Assembly (NCBI GenBank): GCA_001768965.1 | Contig: MEMY01000095.1 | Coordinates: forward strand, 1-33,361 | DNA: 33,361 bases | Source: an archaeon RBG_16_50_20 | GTDB taxonomy: Archaea > Thermoproteota > Bathyarchaeia > 40CM-2-53-6 | Direction of reading: 5' to 3' | Shown here: positions 18,154 through 27,206 of the stretch, piece by piece | How the letters are laid out: each line of letters starts with the position of its first letter | How positions within the stretch are numbered: the first letter of the stretch is position 1 | The notes under the pieces: generated by a model | The model's database searches: none | The model's input: the letters and a program-made list of their open reading frames with translations, nothing else | What the model was told of the DNA's origin: nothing | Made by a program: the position numbers and the translations under genes

Positions 18154-18255
18154 TCACCACTCCTCTTCTTCTCCCCAACCTTCGTCTTCGCCCCATTCAT
18201 CATCAGTCCAGTCGTCTTCTTCTCCGTCATTGTCCCAGTTTTCCTCTTCACTCAA
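18154..18255 (-). CDS. Acidic Trp-repeat micropeptide, 33 aa (not in ORF track): MSEEENWDNDGEEDDWTDDEWGEDEGWGEEEEW
   Basis: TTG start with GGAG upstream, BRE/TATA-like AAAAGGTTTAAA about 50 nt upstream (18304-18315) and T-rich tract downstream. 19 D/E, 5 W, no K/R, encoded with varied codons. Confidence 0.72.
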   Translation of the reverse strand: MSEEENWDNDGEEDDWTDDEWGEDEGWGEEEEW

Positions 18256-18382
18256 GAGAAGAATCTCCAAAACAGGAATCGCGTTACCCCCTAGATGTGA
18301 GAGTTTAAACCTTTTGGCTGAATTTGGAGCATTTCAGAATGTTCGTAAAGAGTCTGGACGATTCTAACCTGCCATACGGATG

Positions 18383-19369
18383 TTAAGCCGTTTTTCTGAC
18401 GAGGGCGACTATCTCGCCATTCGGCCTAGCTTTCGGCTTGGGTGCCCGGGTGTTTGATGTCGCCCAAGGCATACAGGGCGTATTGTGCACTGAGGAAATG
18501 CGACCGGTTTTGTCGATCGCTATGACACCCGCTTCACCTTTCAAGCGATTAGAAGCCAATCTGACTGCTCGTATGGCTGCCATTCTTGCCGTTAGGCCCA
18601 TTTCCATTTGGGAGCAGACTGCCTTCGATAGAGCCAGCTTGATGGCGACCTCTCCTAGGCCAGTCACTGTTGCTGCGCCAACCTGGTTGTCAGCGTAGAG
18701 GCCAGACCCTATTTGTGGACTGTCACCTATCCTGCCAGGTAGCTTCATAGTCGGTCCCCCTGTGGACGCAGCTGCCGCGAAATTTCCCTCCTTGTCCAAT
18801 GCCACAGCTCCAACAGTGTCAAACCTGAGGGTCTCTGGATGCCCCTCGATCAATTCCCGGTTCTTCCTGACCCAGCTGACTCGCTCGTCCGTTCCCCCTT
18901 TCTTGACTTTCATGAGCAATCTTCGCCGGTGCTGTGTTATGGGGTTGGCTTCGGGGAGTGAGAAGATCTTGGCGAGTTCTTCCGCTCTATCCCCAGCCAG
19001 CAGGACGTGATCGGTCTTCTCCATGACTATTCGCGCTAATCGAATCGGATTCCTGACTCTTCGGATCAACGCTACGGCGCCTGCTGACAGATCTCGACCA
19101 TCCATTATGCCAGCGTCCATTTCGATCGTCCCAGCCACGGTCAACGAGGAGCCTTTCCCTGCATTGAAAACCGGATTATCCTCCATTACCATGATGGAGG
19201 CCTCGACTGCATCTAACGCTGAGCCGCCGCGTCGGAGTATATCCACACCTTCGGACGCGGCTGCGGTAACACCCGCTAACCCTCGTGAGATCTCCTTCTT
19301 CCAAAATCCCGCGCCACCATGAACCACAATCTTGCCAAGCAAATCCTTCAGTCTCCTCAGATTCCCCAA
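18383..19369 (-). CDS. iaaA: Isoaspartyl peptidase/L-asparaginase (Ntn hydrolase)
   Basis: VVHGGAG, EDNPVFNAG.GS, EMDAGIMDG, D-TVGAVA (Thr nucleophile), STGG, PGRIGDSP, TGLGE. True start may be TTG 19342. Confidence 0.93.
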   Translation of the reverse strand: MGNLRRLKDLLGKIVVHGGAGFWKKEISRGLAGVTAAASEGVDILRRGGSALDAVEASIMVMEDNPVFNAGKGSSLTVAGTIEMDAGIMDGRDLSAGAVALIRRVRNPIRLARIVMEKTDHVLLAGDRAEELAKIFSLPEANPITQHRRRLLMKVKKGGTDERVSWVRKNRELIEGHPETLRFDTVGAVALDKEGNFAAAASTGGPTMKLPGRIGDSPQIGSGLYADNQVGAATVTGLGEVAIKLALSKAVCSQMEMGLTARMAAIRAVRLASNRLKGEAGVIAIDKTGRISSVHNTPCMPWATSNTRAPKPKARPNGEIVALVRKTA

Positions 19370-19460
19370 AGTCTTGACGCGTTGAATTGGCTGCGAATGA
19401 GGGATGCGTGTCTAGCAAACCAGTCTTTAAGCAGTTTGCGCTTGAGGTAGTGAACCTTGT

Positions 19461-20090
19461 TTGGCGATTTCCTTGGTGCGCGTTGTCAAAGCCGATCTCG
19501 ACGGACTGAGTATCGCTGCGAACACCGTAGCGAAGGGCGGCATCATCTGCTATCCCACAGACACCGTCTACGGATTGGGATGTGATCCATTCAACCTATC
19601 TGCGGTCGAGAAGGCAATGATGGCGAAAGGCAGAGGTACAAAAGCGATGCCAGTCCTAGTTCATTGTATCGAGGACGCAGAACGACTCGTTTTCTTCTCG
19701 GAAGCAGCGAAAAGAATCGCTAAGAGGTTTTGGCCTGGCCCGCTCTCAATTGTACTTCCAGCCAGAGAAAGTGTCCCATCCATCCTCGCCCCCGAACGAA
19801 CAGTAGCGGTGCGTTCTCCGAATCATGCAATCTGTCATCAGCTCCTGGTTTTGTGTTCTGGAATGCTTGTTGGCACAAGCGCAAACAGGGCTGGAAGCCA
19901 ACCTGCCACATCCGCAGACGACGTCGTGGAGCAACTTGATGATTGTGTTGATGTTGTCTTGGATGGTGGAAAATCCCCGATGAGAGTCGCCTCGACCGTC
20001 ATCGATCTGACCAAGCAGCAGCTAGTAGTTCTGCGAGAAGGTCCAATTGGCAAAACAGAAATTCTCAGAACTCTCCGGAATTCTAGATAG
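19461..20090 (+). CDS. sua5: L-threonylcarbamoyladenylate synthase (YrdC domain only)
   Basis: YPTDTVYGLGCD, KGR, FWPGPL, TSAN, STVIDL, LREG; 209 aa, no C-terminal SUA5 domain. Confidence 0.93.
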   Translation: MAISLVRVVKADLDGLSIAANTVAKGGIICYPTDTVYGLGCDPFNLSAVEKAMMAKGRGTKAMPVLVHCIEDAERLVFFSEAAKRIAKRFWPGPLSIVLPARESVPSILAPERTVAVRSPNHAICHQLLVLCSGMLVGTSANRAGSQPATSADDVVEQLDDCVDVVLDGGKSPMRVASTVIDLTKQQLVVLREGPIGKTEILRTLRNSR

Positions 20091-20137
20091 CTATTATAGT
20101 ATCGAACCTACATCTCGCCATTCTCTGGTGTGTTCCT

Positions 20138-20665
20138 TTGCTGAATGACTTCAATCTCGTTGTCTCCACGAGTAGAGGCAACGAAAGGAACACGTGCAGC
20201 GAAATGTGGTACCTTCTCGGAGAAGTCGGCGACCGTGGTTCCACCATTGAAACCACTTCCGTTATCGGATTAGTCGTTGCCAAGACTAAGCTCGACCCCA
20301 TCAAAGCTATCCGGGATCTTAGGGCTCTACTCAAAGAAAGGCCTTGGGAATTCAAATACACTCTCAAGCTGGTCCCTGTCCAGAAAGTAGTCGAAGCCCG
20401 ATTGCCCGAAATCGAGCAGGCAGCCGTAGGACTTGCAGCTGGCATCGGAGACAAAGAGAAATTCAGAATCACAGTGGAGAAGCGTCATACAGATCTATCC
20501 AGTAAGACAATCATTGACACAGTTGCAAAGAGGATCGAAAGAACCGTTGACCTCGACACTCCAGACAGAATAGTTCTCGTGGAGGTCATTGGGGAACTTG
20601 CGGGAGTGGCTCTGATCAAACCGGAGGATGTTCTTTCCGTTGAGCGAGAGAAGCGTGTCAGTTAG
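20138..20665 (+). CDS. Stand-alone THUMP-domain RNA-binding protein
   Basis: FNLVVST.RG.E, LKLVPV, FRITVEKR, VDL.TPD.IVLVEVIG. Confidence 0.88.
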   Translation: MLNDFNLVVSTSRGNERNTCSEMWYLLGEVGDRGSTIETTSVIGLVVAKTKLDPIKAIRDLRALLKERPWEFKYTLKLVPVQKVVEARLPEIEQAAVGLAAGIGDKEKFRITVEKRHTDLSSKTIIDTVAKRIERTVDLDTPDRIVLVEVIGELAGVALIKPEDVLSVEREKRVS

Positions 20666-20669
20666 AGTG

Positions 20670-21236
20670 CTATTTTCTTACTGTCAGCAATGCTGATCTC
20701 TCTGTAGCCAGACGCTCGATAGCCTTCGTCTTAGCCTCACCTGCTCTGAGCGTGGCTTTGAGTTCCATGTCACGAATTTCGAAAATCGATTGCACGTTTC
20801 GTATCCTATCTGGTGACCAGTTGTCGATGAGATCGTCATCGCTTTTCTGATTGAGAATCCGAGCAAGTGACTTTGTCGCGTGCAACAGTTCGTCTCTCGT
20901 GGTTCCTACTAGTATTCCCACGATTTTCTCAGTGCTGGAACTAATTCCGACGCGCTGTATCGCTTCGCCAATCTGCCTGCTAGCCGCAATGTAAAGCAGA
21001 ATTTCCATGCCGAGGCTTCGGGCGATTGGCTGTTTCGAATGAAAGGATTTCAAGGCGTTCAATACAGCCAGTAACATGTACCTTGAACCAGGCACTCGAC
21101 CCAAGTCAACGAGTTGAGCAGTGACGTCTGGGGACTTTTCTTGAATCGAGCGAAGGGTGGCGTCTACGTTGTCAGGTCTATTCTTGAATCCAGAAATCCA
21201 CACCTGGACGGGGAACTCGGTCAACTGAAAGAACAA
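20670..21236 (-). CDS. cgi121: KEOPS complex subunit Cgi121
   Basis: IARSLGMEILLYIAASRQIGEAI..VGI and C-terminal ERSALL. Confidence 0.88.
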   Translation of the reverse strand: MFFQLTEFPVQVWISGFKNRPDNVDATLRSIQEKSPDVTAQLVDLGRVPGSRYMLLAVLNALKSFHSKQPIARSLGMEILLYIAASRQIGEAIQRVGISSSTEKIVGILVGTTRDELLHATKSLARILNQKSDDDLIDNWSPDRIRNVQSIFEIRDMELKATLRAGEAKTKAIERLATERSALLTVRK

Positions 21237-21239
21237 GAA

Positions 21240-21836
21240 CTACGTTCCACCGTTCGCGAGCTGAAAGAGGAATTCAACAATCCCATCTGGAATGCTGCAT
21301 TTTTTCAATATCTCGCGAACGGAATTGAGGTCGCGTCCCGCTGATCGTGCCTCTTCGAGCAACAGCTTGGTAGCTTCCAGTCTCTCCCAAGGGAAGATGA
21401 TCCAGTCGCTCGTCGAGTCGGCGAAGAAATCTGGTTTGAAGGTACTGTGAGGCTTGTAATACACCGTAACTGTCTTGACGCCTGTCGTTCCGTTTTCCAG
21501 CATATGCTCTAGGGCGACCTTCAGGCTCTCCCCTGTGTCGGAAACGTCATCAACCACCAGAACTCTTTTGCCTCTGATGTCTTGAGAAAGAGGTTGAGTG
21601 ACCACCGGTTTCCGTGTTGTTTTTGCAAGCCCCACATAGAACTCTATTTTGATGTTTACTGTGTGCGTGTTTTCTAGTAGATCTGAGAGTATTCTTCCCG
21701 GCGCCCATCCTCCCCTTGACACTCCCACAATGAGGTCTGGTTTGAATCCTGAACGGCGGATTCTGATGGCAAGGTCAACCAGCATTTCATAGATCCTGTC
21801 CCAGCTTGGGGCGACGTACCTTCGCGAGTCGGACAT
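21240..21836 (-). CDS. Type I phosphoribosyltransferase (purine PRTase-like)
   Basis: PDLIVGVSRGG, PRPP loop VLVVDDVSDTGESL, WIIFPWE. ATG 21836 preferred over the track's start at 21953. Confidence 0.9.
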   Translation of the reverse strand: MSDSRRYVAPSWDRIYEMLVDLAIRIRRSGFKPDLIVGVSRGGWAPGRILSDLLENTHTVNIKIEFYVGLAKTTRKPVVTQPLSQDIRGKRVLVVDDVSDTGESLKVALEHMLENGTTGVKTVTVYYKPHSTFKPDFFADSTSDWIIFPWERLEATKLLLEEARSAGRDLNSVREILKKCSIPDGIVEFLFQLANGGT

Positions 21837-22014
21837 TCGAGCACCGTTTGTTACGGCAAGGGTTCCGCTTTCACTATAAGCGTTATTGCGGTCAGCGGAG
21901 ATGCATCTCCTCATCTGGCGTGAGGCGCCTCGGTGCAGGTCAATCCACGTCATACCGCTACAGAGACTTCTCTTCAGCAGCTTAACTACTCTTCGTCAAC
22001 TGAGCCGCGAAGGA

Positions 22015-23292
22015 CTAACTTGCAGAAATTGCGCCCGGAGATTTGCTTCTGAGAATGTTGATCAAATAGCCGGCGTTTAGAGCTGTGAAAACTGAGCCCG
22101 AAAGGAAATTCAACGCGAGTCTTGCGGGACCTATGACCTGAGACAATCCATTTTCGATCTGCCCATAGTCGAGATACACTGGCGACAGGAACCGAATAAG
22201 GAAGAAATTGTTCATTACGAGATATAACAGAGCAACACCCGCAGTCGCCAAGAACATTGGCTTACGCTTGCGATTCCACAAGGCGAAATCAACAGTAGAA
22301 AGGGCGAGCAAGTAAATCGCGTATTGCTCGGTTACTCGACTCTTGAAAACTAGAAATGAAAGGGTCACGACAAGTAGCGATTGTATGAGTCCGTAGTCTG
22401 AATCGAATCCGAATTTCCTATACGCAATCAAGGTGAAGATAATTACTGCGGGGATCCATAACACGCCAAGCAAGTCAGACACAAATGGGTCAAGCGTCGG
22501 AATGATTCCCTGGTAATTGAAGTAGAAGAACAGGTCCCACACGGACATTGATTCGCCAGATCTCGTAACCGTATAGCTTAGTGCGCTCGTGACAGTGGTA
22601 AGGGACCATCCCATTACGGCGAAAGTCGCGGCGGAAAATCCGATTGGTAACGCAATAGCTACCAGAAATGACTGCCAGTTCCGTCTACTTTTGAGGGATA
22701 GAGGGATGGCGTAAATGACGGGTATCGATTTAGCGAATGTGCCCAAACCGGCCCAGAATGCTCTTTTCAAGTGGCGAGTTGTCATAATGGAAATCATAAC
22801 GAACGCCATGGCAAGGGAGTCGAACATTCCCCAGATTCCCGACAGGATTATGGTGAATGGGCAGAGCATCCAGAAACGCAAGACCCAGACAGAAGTATTC
22901 AGGTTCCGCAAGCGCACATAGGAGTAGAGCAGGTAGCCAAGAGCCACATCGCCCAAAATAGTTGGCTGCTTGAGTAACAAGTAGTACAGGAACCTATCAT
23001 TCAAACCAATCGTCAAGTAGAGCATGTACAGCACACCGGTGATAAGGGGCCAGAATGGTAGGTACGCTATTGTCGCACTGTCTCGTAATGTGTAGAGGTT
23101 TGCAAAACTAAGGCCGGGTGCAGGTCCCAGAAATCCGTATGGGTTTCCACCATGTATCATCGCATAGCCCAGTCGCACCCAGAGCTCGAAATCGTACGGA
23201 TGCCCGGTCCAAAACGAGAAGACTTCTCTGATTGTCAAGCCTAAGAGCAATAGCAAGGTGGTTTGCTGCAGGCTCTTCTTAGTGAATTGCAA
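22015..23292 (-). CDS. Polytopic membrane glycosyltransferase, GT-C fold (GT87/DUF2029-like)
   Basis: About 10 hydrophobic segments; first loop GHPYD, YLPFWP, LKQP.ILGD, P..I..S.IWG.FD, K..P, EQY. Confidence 0.7.
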   Translation of the reverse strand: MQFTKKSLQQTTLLLLLGLTIREVFSFWTGHPYDFELWVRLGYAMIHGGNPYGFLGPAPGLSFANLYTLRDSATIAYLPFWPLITGVLYMLYLTIGLNDRFLYYLLLKQPTILGDVALGYLLYSYVRLRNLNTSVWVLRFWMLCPFTIILSGIWGMFDSLAMAFVMISIMTTRHLKRAFWAGLGTFAKSIPVIYAIPLSLKSRRNWQSFLVAIALPIGFSAATFAVMGWSLTTVTSALSYTVTRSGESMSVWDLFFYFNYQGIIPTLDPFVSDLLGVLWIPAVIIFTLIAYRKFGFDSDYGLIQSLLVVTLSFLVFKSRVTEQYAIYLLALSTVDFALWNRKRKPMFLATAGVALLYLVMNNFFLIRFLSPVYLDYGQIENGLSQVIGPARLALNFLSGSVFTALNAGYLINILRSKSPGAISAS

Positions 23293-23326
23293 TTGAGGTC
23301 TACCTGTCAGTTGAATATGTCCATAC

Positions 23327-23382
23327 TTACTACGATTGTAGTAACTTTTTTATATGTTCTCCTCAAACCCAACATTATAACC
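23327..23382. promoter_or_regulatory. Divergent promoter region with inverted repeat
   Basis: TTACTAC-gatt-GTAGTAA (23327-23344) next to AT-rich TATA-like boxes (TTTTATAT near 23347, TTATAA near 23375) between divergent genes. Confidence 0.4.
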
Positions 23383-23413
23383 TGCGTCATACACACATGG
23401 GAAGGCTCTCCAG

Positions 23414-24376
23414 ATGCAAACAACAATTTTAACAAAAGATGCAGATTTAGCGGACATTCGAAGCAATCTGGAGAAAGTTTACGAAGTCTCTGCTTACTTG
23501 GACTTTCCTTTCAGCTTAGATGAAGTAGCCAACTACTTTCTCCCTAATCGAAATATCACCTCCGAAAAGTTACGATTCATGATTTCCAATGGGGATTTCG
23601 CTAATATCCCATTTCAGATCAAAGATGGCTACATTCTGACTCGTGCATCACAGTCGGAGACTCTGCGTTTTGAGAGAGAGCAGATCTCGGGTGAAAAACT
23701 GCAATCAGCGGCGCGGTTCGCTAGAATCCTTACCAAAATAGTTCCCTTCATTCGGACTGTAGCTGTGACCGGTAGTGTTGCGTATGGAAGTGCAGGGAGG
23801 TGGGATGATATCGATCTCTTTGTGGTCACCGAGGGAAAGAGGCTGTGGCTGTCGGTCCTGATGGCTTTGGTAATGGTAAGAGTCGAGAAACTGTTGGGAT
23901 TGGCTCCTTCTCATCTTCTTCCTTTCTGTTTGAGCTACGTTCATGATGAGCAAGGATTCGCAGAAGATGCTTCACGGAACCGAGTCAATCCACTCTTTGC
24001 TCGAGAACTCCTCAAGGCGAAGCCTGTTGCTGGTCCAGAGCAGTACCGACTCATTTTGCAGGAAAATGACTGGGTTGGAGAACTATATTCGGCCCCCTAT
24101 GCAGCTGCATTGAAGGCACTAGATCAGGGACCATTGAACGGAGTTCAACCAAGAGTTGACCAGCCGGGACTGTTTGCGTTATTCTTTGATTGGGCCGAAG
24201 GTATTGTGTATGTCTTTCTGAGTCGCTACCTCAAATTGCGGGCATACTTAACCAACTTGAAGCTCAAGTCACAGAGACAGAAGCTGCGGGTCTTTGAATC
24301 AAGAATTACTCCGAACTCATGCGTATACACATCCAACTTCTACAGATGGCTACATTCACTGTGGGGTGAAAGATAG
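23414..24376 (+). CDS. Uncharacterised Pol-beta-superfamily nucleotidyltransferase-domain protein
   Basis: VAVTGSVAYGSAGRWDDIDLFVV fits hG[GS]-x-DxD; extra N- and C-terminal regions; 320 aa. Confidence 0.75.
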   Translation: MQTTILTKDADLADIRSNLEKVYEVSAYLDFPFSLDEVANYFLPNRNITSEKLRFMISNGDFANIPFQIKDGYILTRASQSETLRFEREQISGEKLQSAARFARILTKIVPFIRTVAVTGSVAYGSAGRWDDIDLFVVTEGKRLWLSVLMALVMVRVEKLLGLAPSHLLPFCLSYVHDEQGFAEDASRNRVNPLFARELLKAKPVAGPEQYRLILQENDWVGELYSAPYAAALKALDQGPLNGVQPRVDQPGLFALFFDWAEGIVYVFLSRYLKLRAYLTNLKLKSQRQKLRVFESRITPNSCVYTSNFYRWLHSLWGER

Positions 24377-25827
24377 TGCCACTGGACTGTTTACTGGTAT
24401 TCCCGTACATGCTAAGTGACGATCCCACACAGAAACGGAAGAGAAGTCCCTTCCCACCTCTTGGCCTGATGTATGTTGCCGCCTCGCTCAGACAAGCAGG
24501 TTACAAAGTGGAAATTCTCGATTGCACATTCATGCAGAGCATCGAGCAAGCCGAACAGATCGTACGGAAGACAGAGGCGCGTTACATCGGCATTCATTCA
24601 ATGATTACCCTAACGCGAAACGCCGTAGCCTTAGCGGAGGCCGCGAAATCAGCGGGAAAGACGGTTATCTACGGCGGACCTGACCCATCTACAGCTCCTG
24701 ACAAGTATCTCAAGAAAGGTTTCGGAGACTACGTCGTCATGGGTGAAGGCGAAAGAACAGCGGTCGAACTCATTAGAGCTCTAGATCGGGGCGAGATTCC
24801 TTTGGACGTGAAGGGCCTTGTCTTTCTGACCGGTGAGGGCTCGATAGTTACCACACCCGCACGGGAGCTCGAACGGGACTTGGATTCCATCTTGTCTCCT
24901 GCCCGTGATCTGATCGACAATGAACACTACAAGGAAGTATGGCGTGCGGATCATGGCTACGCCTTGACCTCAGTGATGACGACTCGCGGCTGTCCCTATG
25001 GTTGTTTCTTCTGCAGCGAGAAGCTGGTCTTCGGGCGCCGTTACACTGTTCGAAGCGCGAACAACGTAGTCGCTGAGCTAGAAGACATCATCCGGAAATA
25101 CGGATACGACAGAGTCTGGTTCGCAGACGACATATTCCCACTGCGCAAAGAACGAACACTCCAGATCTGCAAAGAGATAATCAATCGAGCCCTAGATTTC
25201 ACCTGGTCTTGCTTGGCAAGGGCCGATCTCGTTGACGAAGAAGCACTTGCTTCAATGAAGCAGGCTGGCTGCGACATCGTATTCTTCGGAGTAGAATCAG
25301 GTTCCCAAAGAATGCTCGATGCAATGAACCGGATGATGACAATCGAGCAGATAGCGTCAGGAGTTTCTGCAGCCAAGCGAGTTGGCTTGAAGGTGCATGC
25401 GTTCATGATGGTTGGCTTCCCAGGCGAGAACTACGAATCACTGAAGCAAACGATCGAATTCCTCAAGGAACTGAGCCCTGACGAATTCAGCTTCACAGTG
25501 GCTTATCCACTGCCTGGGACAGAATTATTCCACATGATCGAGCCGATCGATGAGCAGCTTGAATGGCGCGACCCAAGCGAGAACAGGCTCCTGTTCGAAA
25601 GCAACATTCCAGAATGGGGGTTAAAATTCGCTGTCTGGAAGGCCAAGTACGAGTTCTACCTCTACCGTCGCATAAAGCGTGGTCAGACCATTTTCCGCGT
25701 GGCGTTCATACTCTTCAAGAAACCAACCGACATCGTCCTCCGCCTTTCGGTGCCCAAGGAGGCTATGGCTCCGAAACTCAGCAAATGCGCGATCATGTCC
25801 GAAGTGCTCGCGAGGCTCCCGCGGTAG
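24376..25827 (+). CDS. Cobalamin-binding (class B) radical SAM protein
   Basis: N-terminal B12 domain (PPLGLMYVAA, GGP, GEGE), TRGCPYGCFFC, FADD.F, GVESGSQ.ML, MVGFPGE, YPLPGT. Confidence 0.92.
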   Translation: MPLDCLLVFPYMLSDDPTQKRKRSPFPPLGLMYVAASLRQAGYKVEILDCTFMQSIEQAEQIVRKTEARYIGIHSMITLTRNAVALAEAAKSAGKTVIYGGPDPSTAPDKYLKKGFGDYVVMGEGERTAVELIRALDRGEIPLDVKGLVFLTGEGSIVTTPARELERDLDSILSPARDLIDNEHYKEVWRADHGYALTSVMTTRGCPYGCFFCSEKLVFGRRYTVRSANNVVAELEDIIRKYGYDRVWFADDIFPLRKERTLQICKEIINRALDFTWSCLARADLVDEEALASMKQAGCDIVFFGVESGSQRMLDAMNRMMTIEQIASGVSAAKRVGLKVHAFMMVGFPGENYESLKQTIEFLKELSPDEFSFTVAYPLPGTELFHMIEPIDEQLEWRDPSENRLLFESNIPEWGLKFAVWKAKYEFYLYRRIKRGQTIFRVAFILFKKPTDIVLRLSVPKEAMAPKLSKCAIMSEVLARLPR

Positions 25828-25835
25828 GAATACCA

Positions 25836-26753
25836 TTGATCCCTCTCACAATCGGCATCTGTGCGTACAATGAAGAGTGGAACATAGGTGAGCTTCTAAC
25901 AAACATACTTAGCATCCAAGGGATTCCCAAGGATGCGGAAGTAATCGCCGTTTGCTCCGGATGCCAAGACGGGACGGCAGAGGTTGTCCGGGAATTTGCT
26001 CGCAGAGACCGTCGTGTGAAACTGATAGAAGAGCCAAGAAGACTGGGAAAGGCTGCGGCCGTGAACAAGATTCTATCTAAGGCTAAAGGCGAACAGATAG
26101 TGTTTGTTTCTGCCGACGTCATTCCGAGGCAAGACTGCATAATGAGTCTCGTAAGGACAATGGCAGATGAGAATGTCGGGATAGCCTGCGGAAGACCCGA
26201 ACCAATTCCCCGTGGAAGGAAGCTTGTGAAAGGGCTCGTAGAGACGCTGTGGGGATTTCATAACTGGCAGTTGGAGAAGCTGAACCACGCAGGAGTCCTA
26301 ATGCACGCCAGCGAAGTTTTCTGTGTCAGGAATGGGATTGTAAAGCAGATTCCCCGGGGGTTGGTGAACGATGACGCTTTCCTTGCTGTTGCTGCGAAGG
26401 GTAGAGGATATCGAATCAAATACGTTCCGCAATCTGAGGTTAAGGTCTTCGGACCCCAGACTATCTCCGATTACCTGACACAGCGGCGTCGCATTATTGC
26501 CGGGCACTATCAAGTTCGCTCGGCAACTGGCCATTTCTCTCAGTACCTCTTCTACTCCCTTCTTGCGAGGCCGAAGCTAACTTTGGAGACTTTGGCTGGA
26601 TATTTCGCCAAGAAACGAAAAATCGCGGGTGGGTTGGTTGCTGGGTTGGTTGAAGTGATGGCAAACTTGCTCGCGTTATCTGACATTGTCAGAGGGAGAT
26701 CTCATGCGGTATGGAGTATCTCCTCTACTGCGAAGACAGCGACTGAACTTTGA
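25836..26753 (+). CDS. Glycosyltransferase family 2
   Basis: IGICAYNEE, DGT, GKAAAVN, SADV, NDD, QRRRI. TTG 25836 just after the radical SAM stop is preferred over 25563. Confidence 0.88.
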   Translation: MIPLTIGICAYNEEWNIGELLTNILSIQGIPKDAEVIAVCSGCQDGTAEVVREFARRDRRVKLIEEPRRLGKAAAVNKILSKAKGEQIVFVSADVIPRQDCIMSLVRTMADENVGIACGRPEPIPRGRKLVKGLVETLWGFHNWQLEKLNHAGVLMHASEVFCVRNGIVKQIPRGLVNDDAFLAVAAKGRGYRIKYVPQSEVKVFGPQTISDYLTQRRRIIAGHYQVRSATGHFSQYLFYSLLARPKLTLETLAGYFAKKRKIAGGLVAGLVEVMANLLALSDIVRGRSHAVWSISSTAKTATEL

Positions 26754-27199
26754 ATCACCCAAGCTCTACTCGTTTATTCAACCGGATTCATCGGCTCGTA
26801 TTCCTATACCTCTTCAGGGACTTCGACAAGGGCACTTTGGACACTGGTATCGAGTTCACGACTCTGCTCCCCCTGAGGAAGGACAGAGTGATATGCCGGG
26901 CGATGACGTTCAACATCAAAGGACTCAAACGAGACTCATTCGTCGTCGACGGATCAAATCGTAGAATAGTCAATCTGCCGGGACGCTACGTTTGCTATTG
27001 GATCAACGGGAAGCAAGATTCCGCAACGATATACAACCGACCATATCGAAGAAGCTCGGACGGCTCTTATGTTCACAGCTCAAGAAATGCAAAAAGCGAA
27101 GTTGCCTTTGATGGTGAAGGGTTAGAGAAGAGAGCTGAGAATCTAGTTTCCGGGCCTAGACGGTATCACGAGATATTCGTGCGACTCTTTCGATTCTGA
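26750..27199 (+). CDS. Hypothetical protein
   Basis: TTGA start/stop overlap with GT2; fills the gap up to the convergent gene; no family recognised. Confidence 0.6.
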   Translation: MNHPSSTRLFNRIHRLVFLYLFRDFDKGTLDTGIEFTTLLPLRKDRVICRAMTFNIKGLKRDSFVVDGSNRRIVNLPGRYVCYWINGKQDSATIYNRPYRRSSDGSYVHSSRNAKSEVAFDGEGLEKRAENLVSGPRRYHEIFVRLFRF

Positions 27200-27206
27200 C
27201 TCGCGT

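Noticed and set aside
18154-18255. Trp-rich peptide as RiPP precursor for the radical SAM at 24376
   Set aside because: 6 kb apart across housekeeping genes; no leader/core organisation; the enzyme is B12-type with no SPASM or RRE domain visible.
21837-21953. 39-aa N-terminal extension of the PRTase
   Set aside because: Runs through a TATA-like box; the family-like sequence begins at ATG 21836.
23414-24376. CBASS cyclase or MNT-HEPN toxin-antitoxin
   Set aside because: No recognisable Cap effector or HEPN gene; neighbours are biosynthetic.
25563-25835. 91-aa N-terminal extension of the GT2 ORF
   Set aside because: Lies almost wholly inside the radical SAM gene; the GT2 fold starts at TTG 25836.
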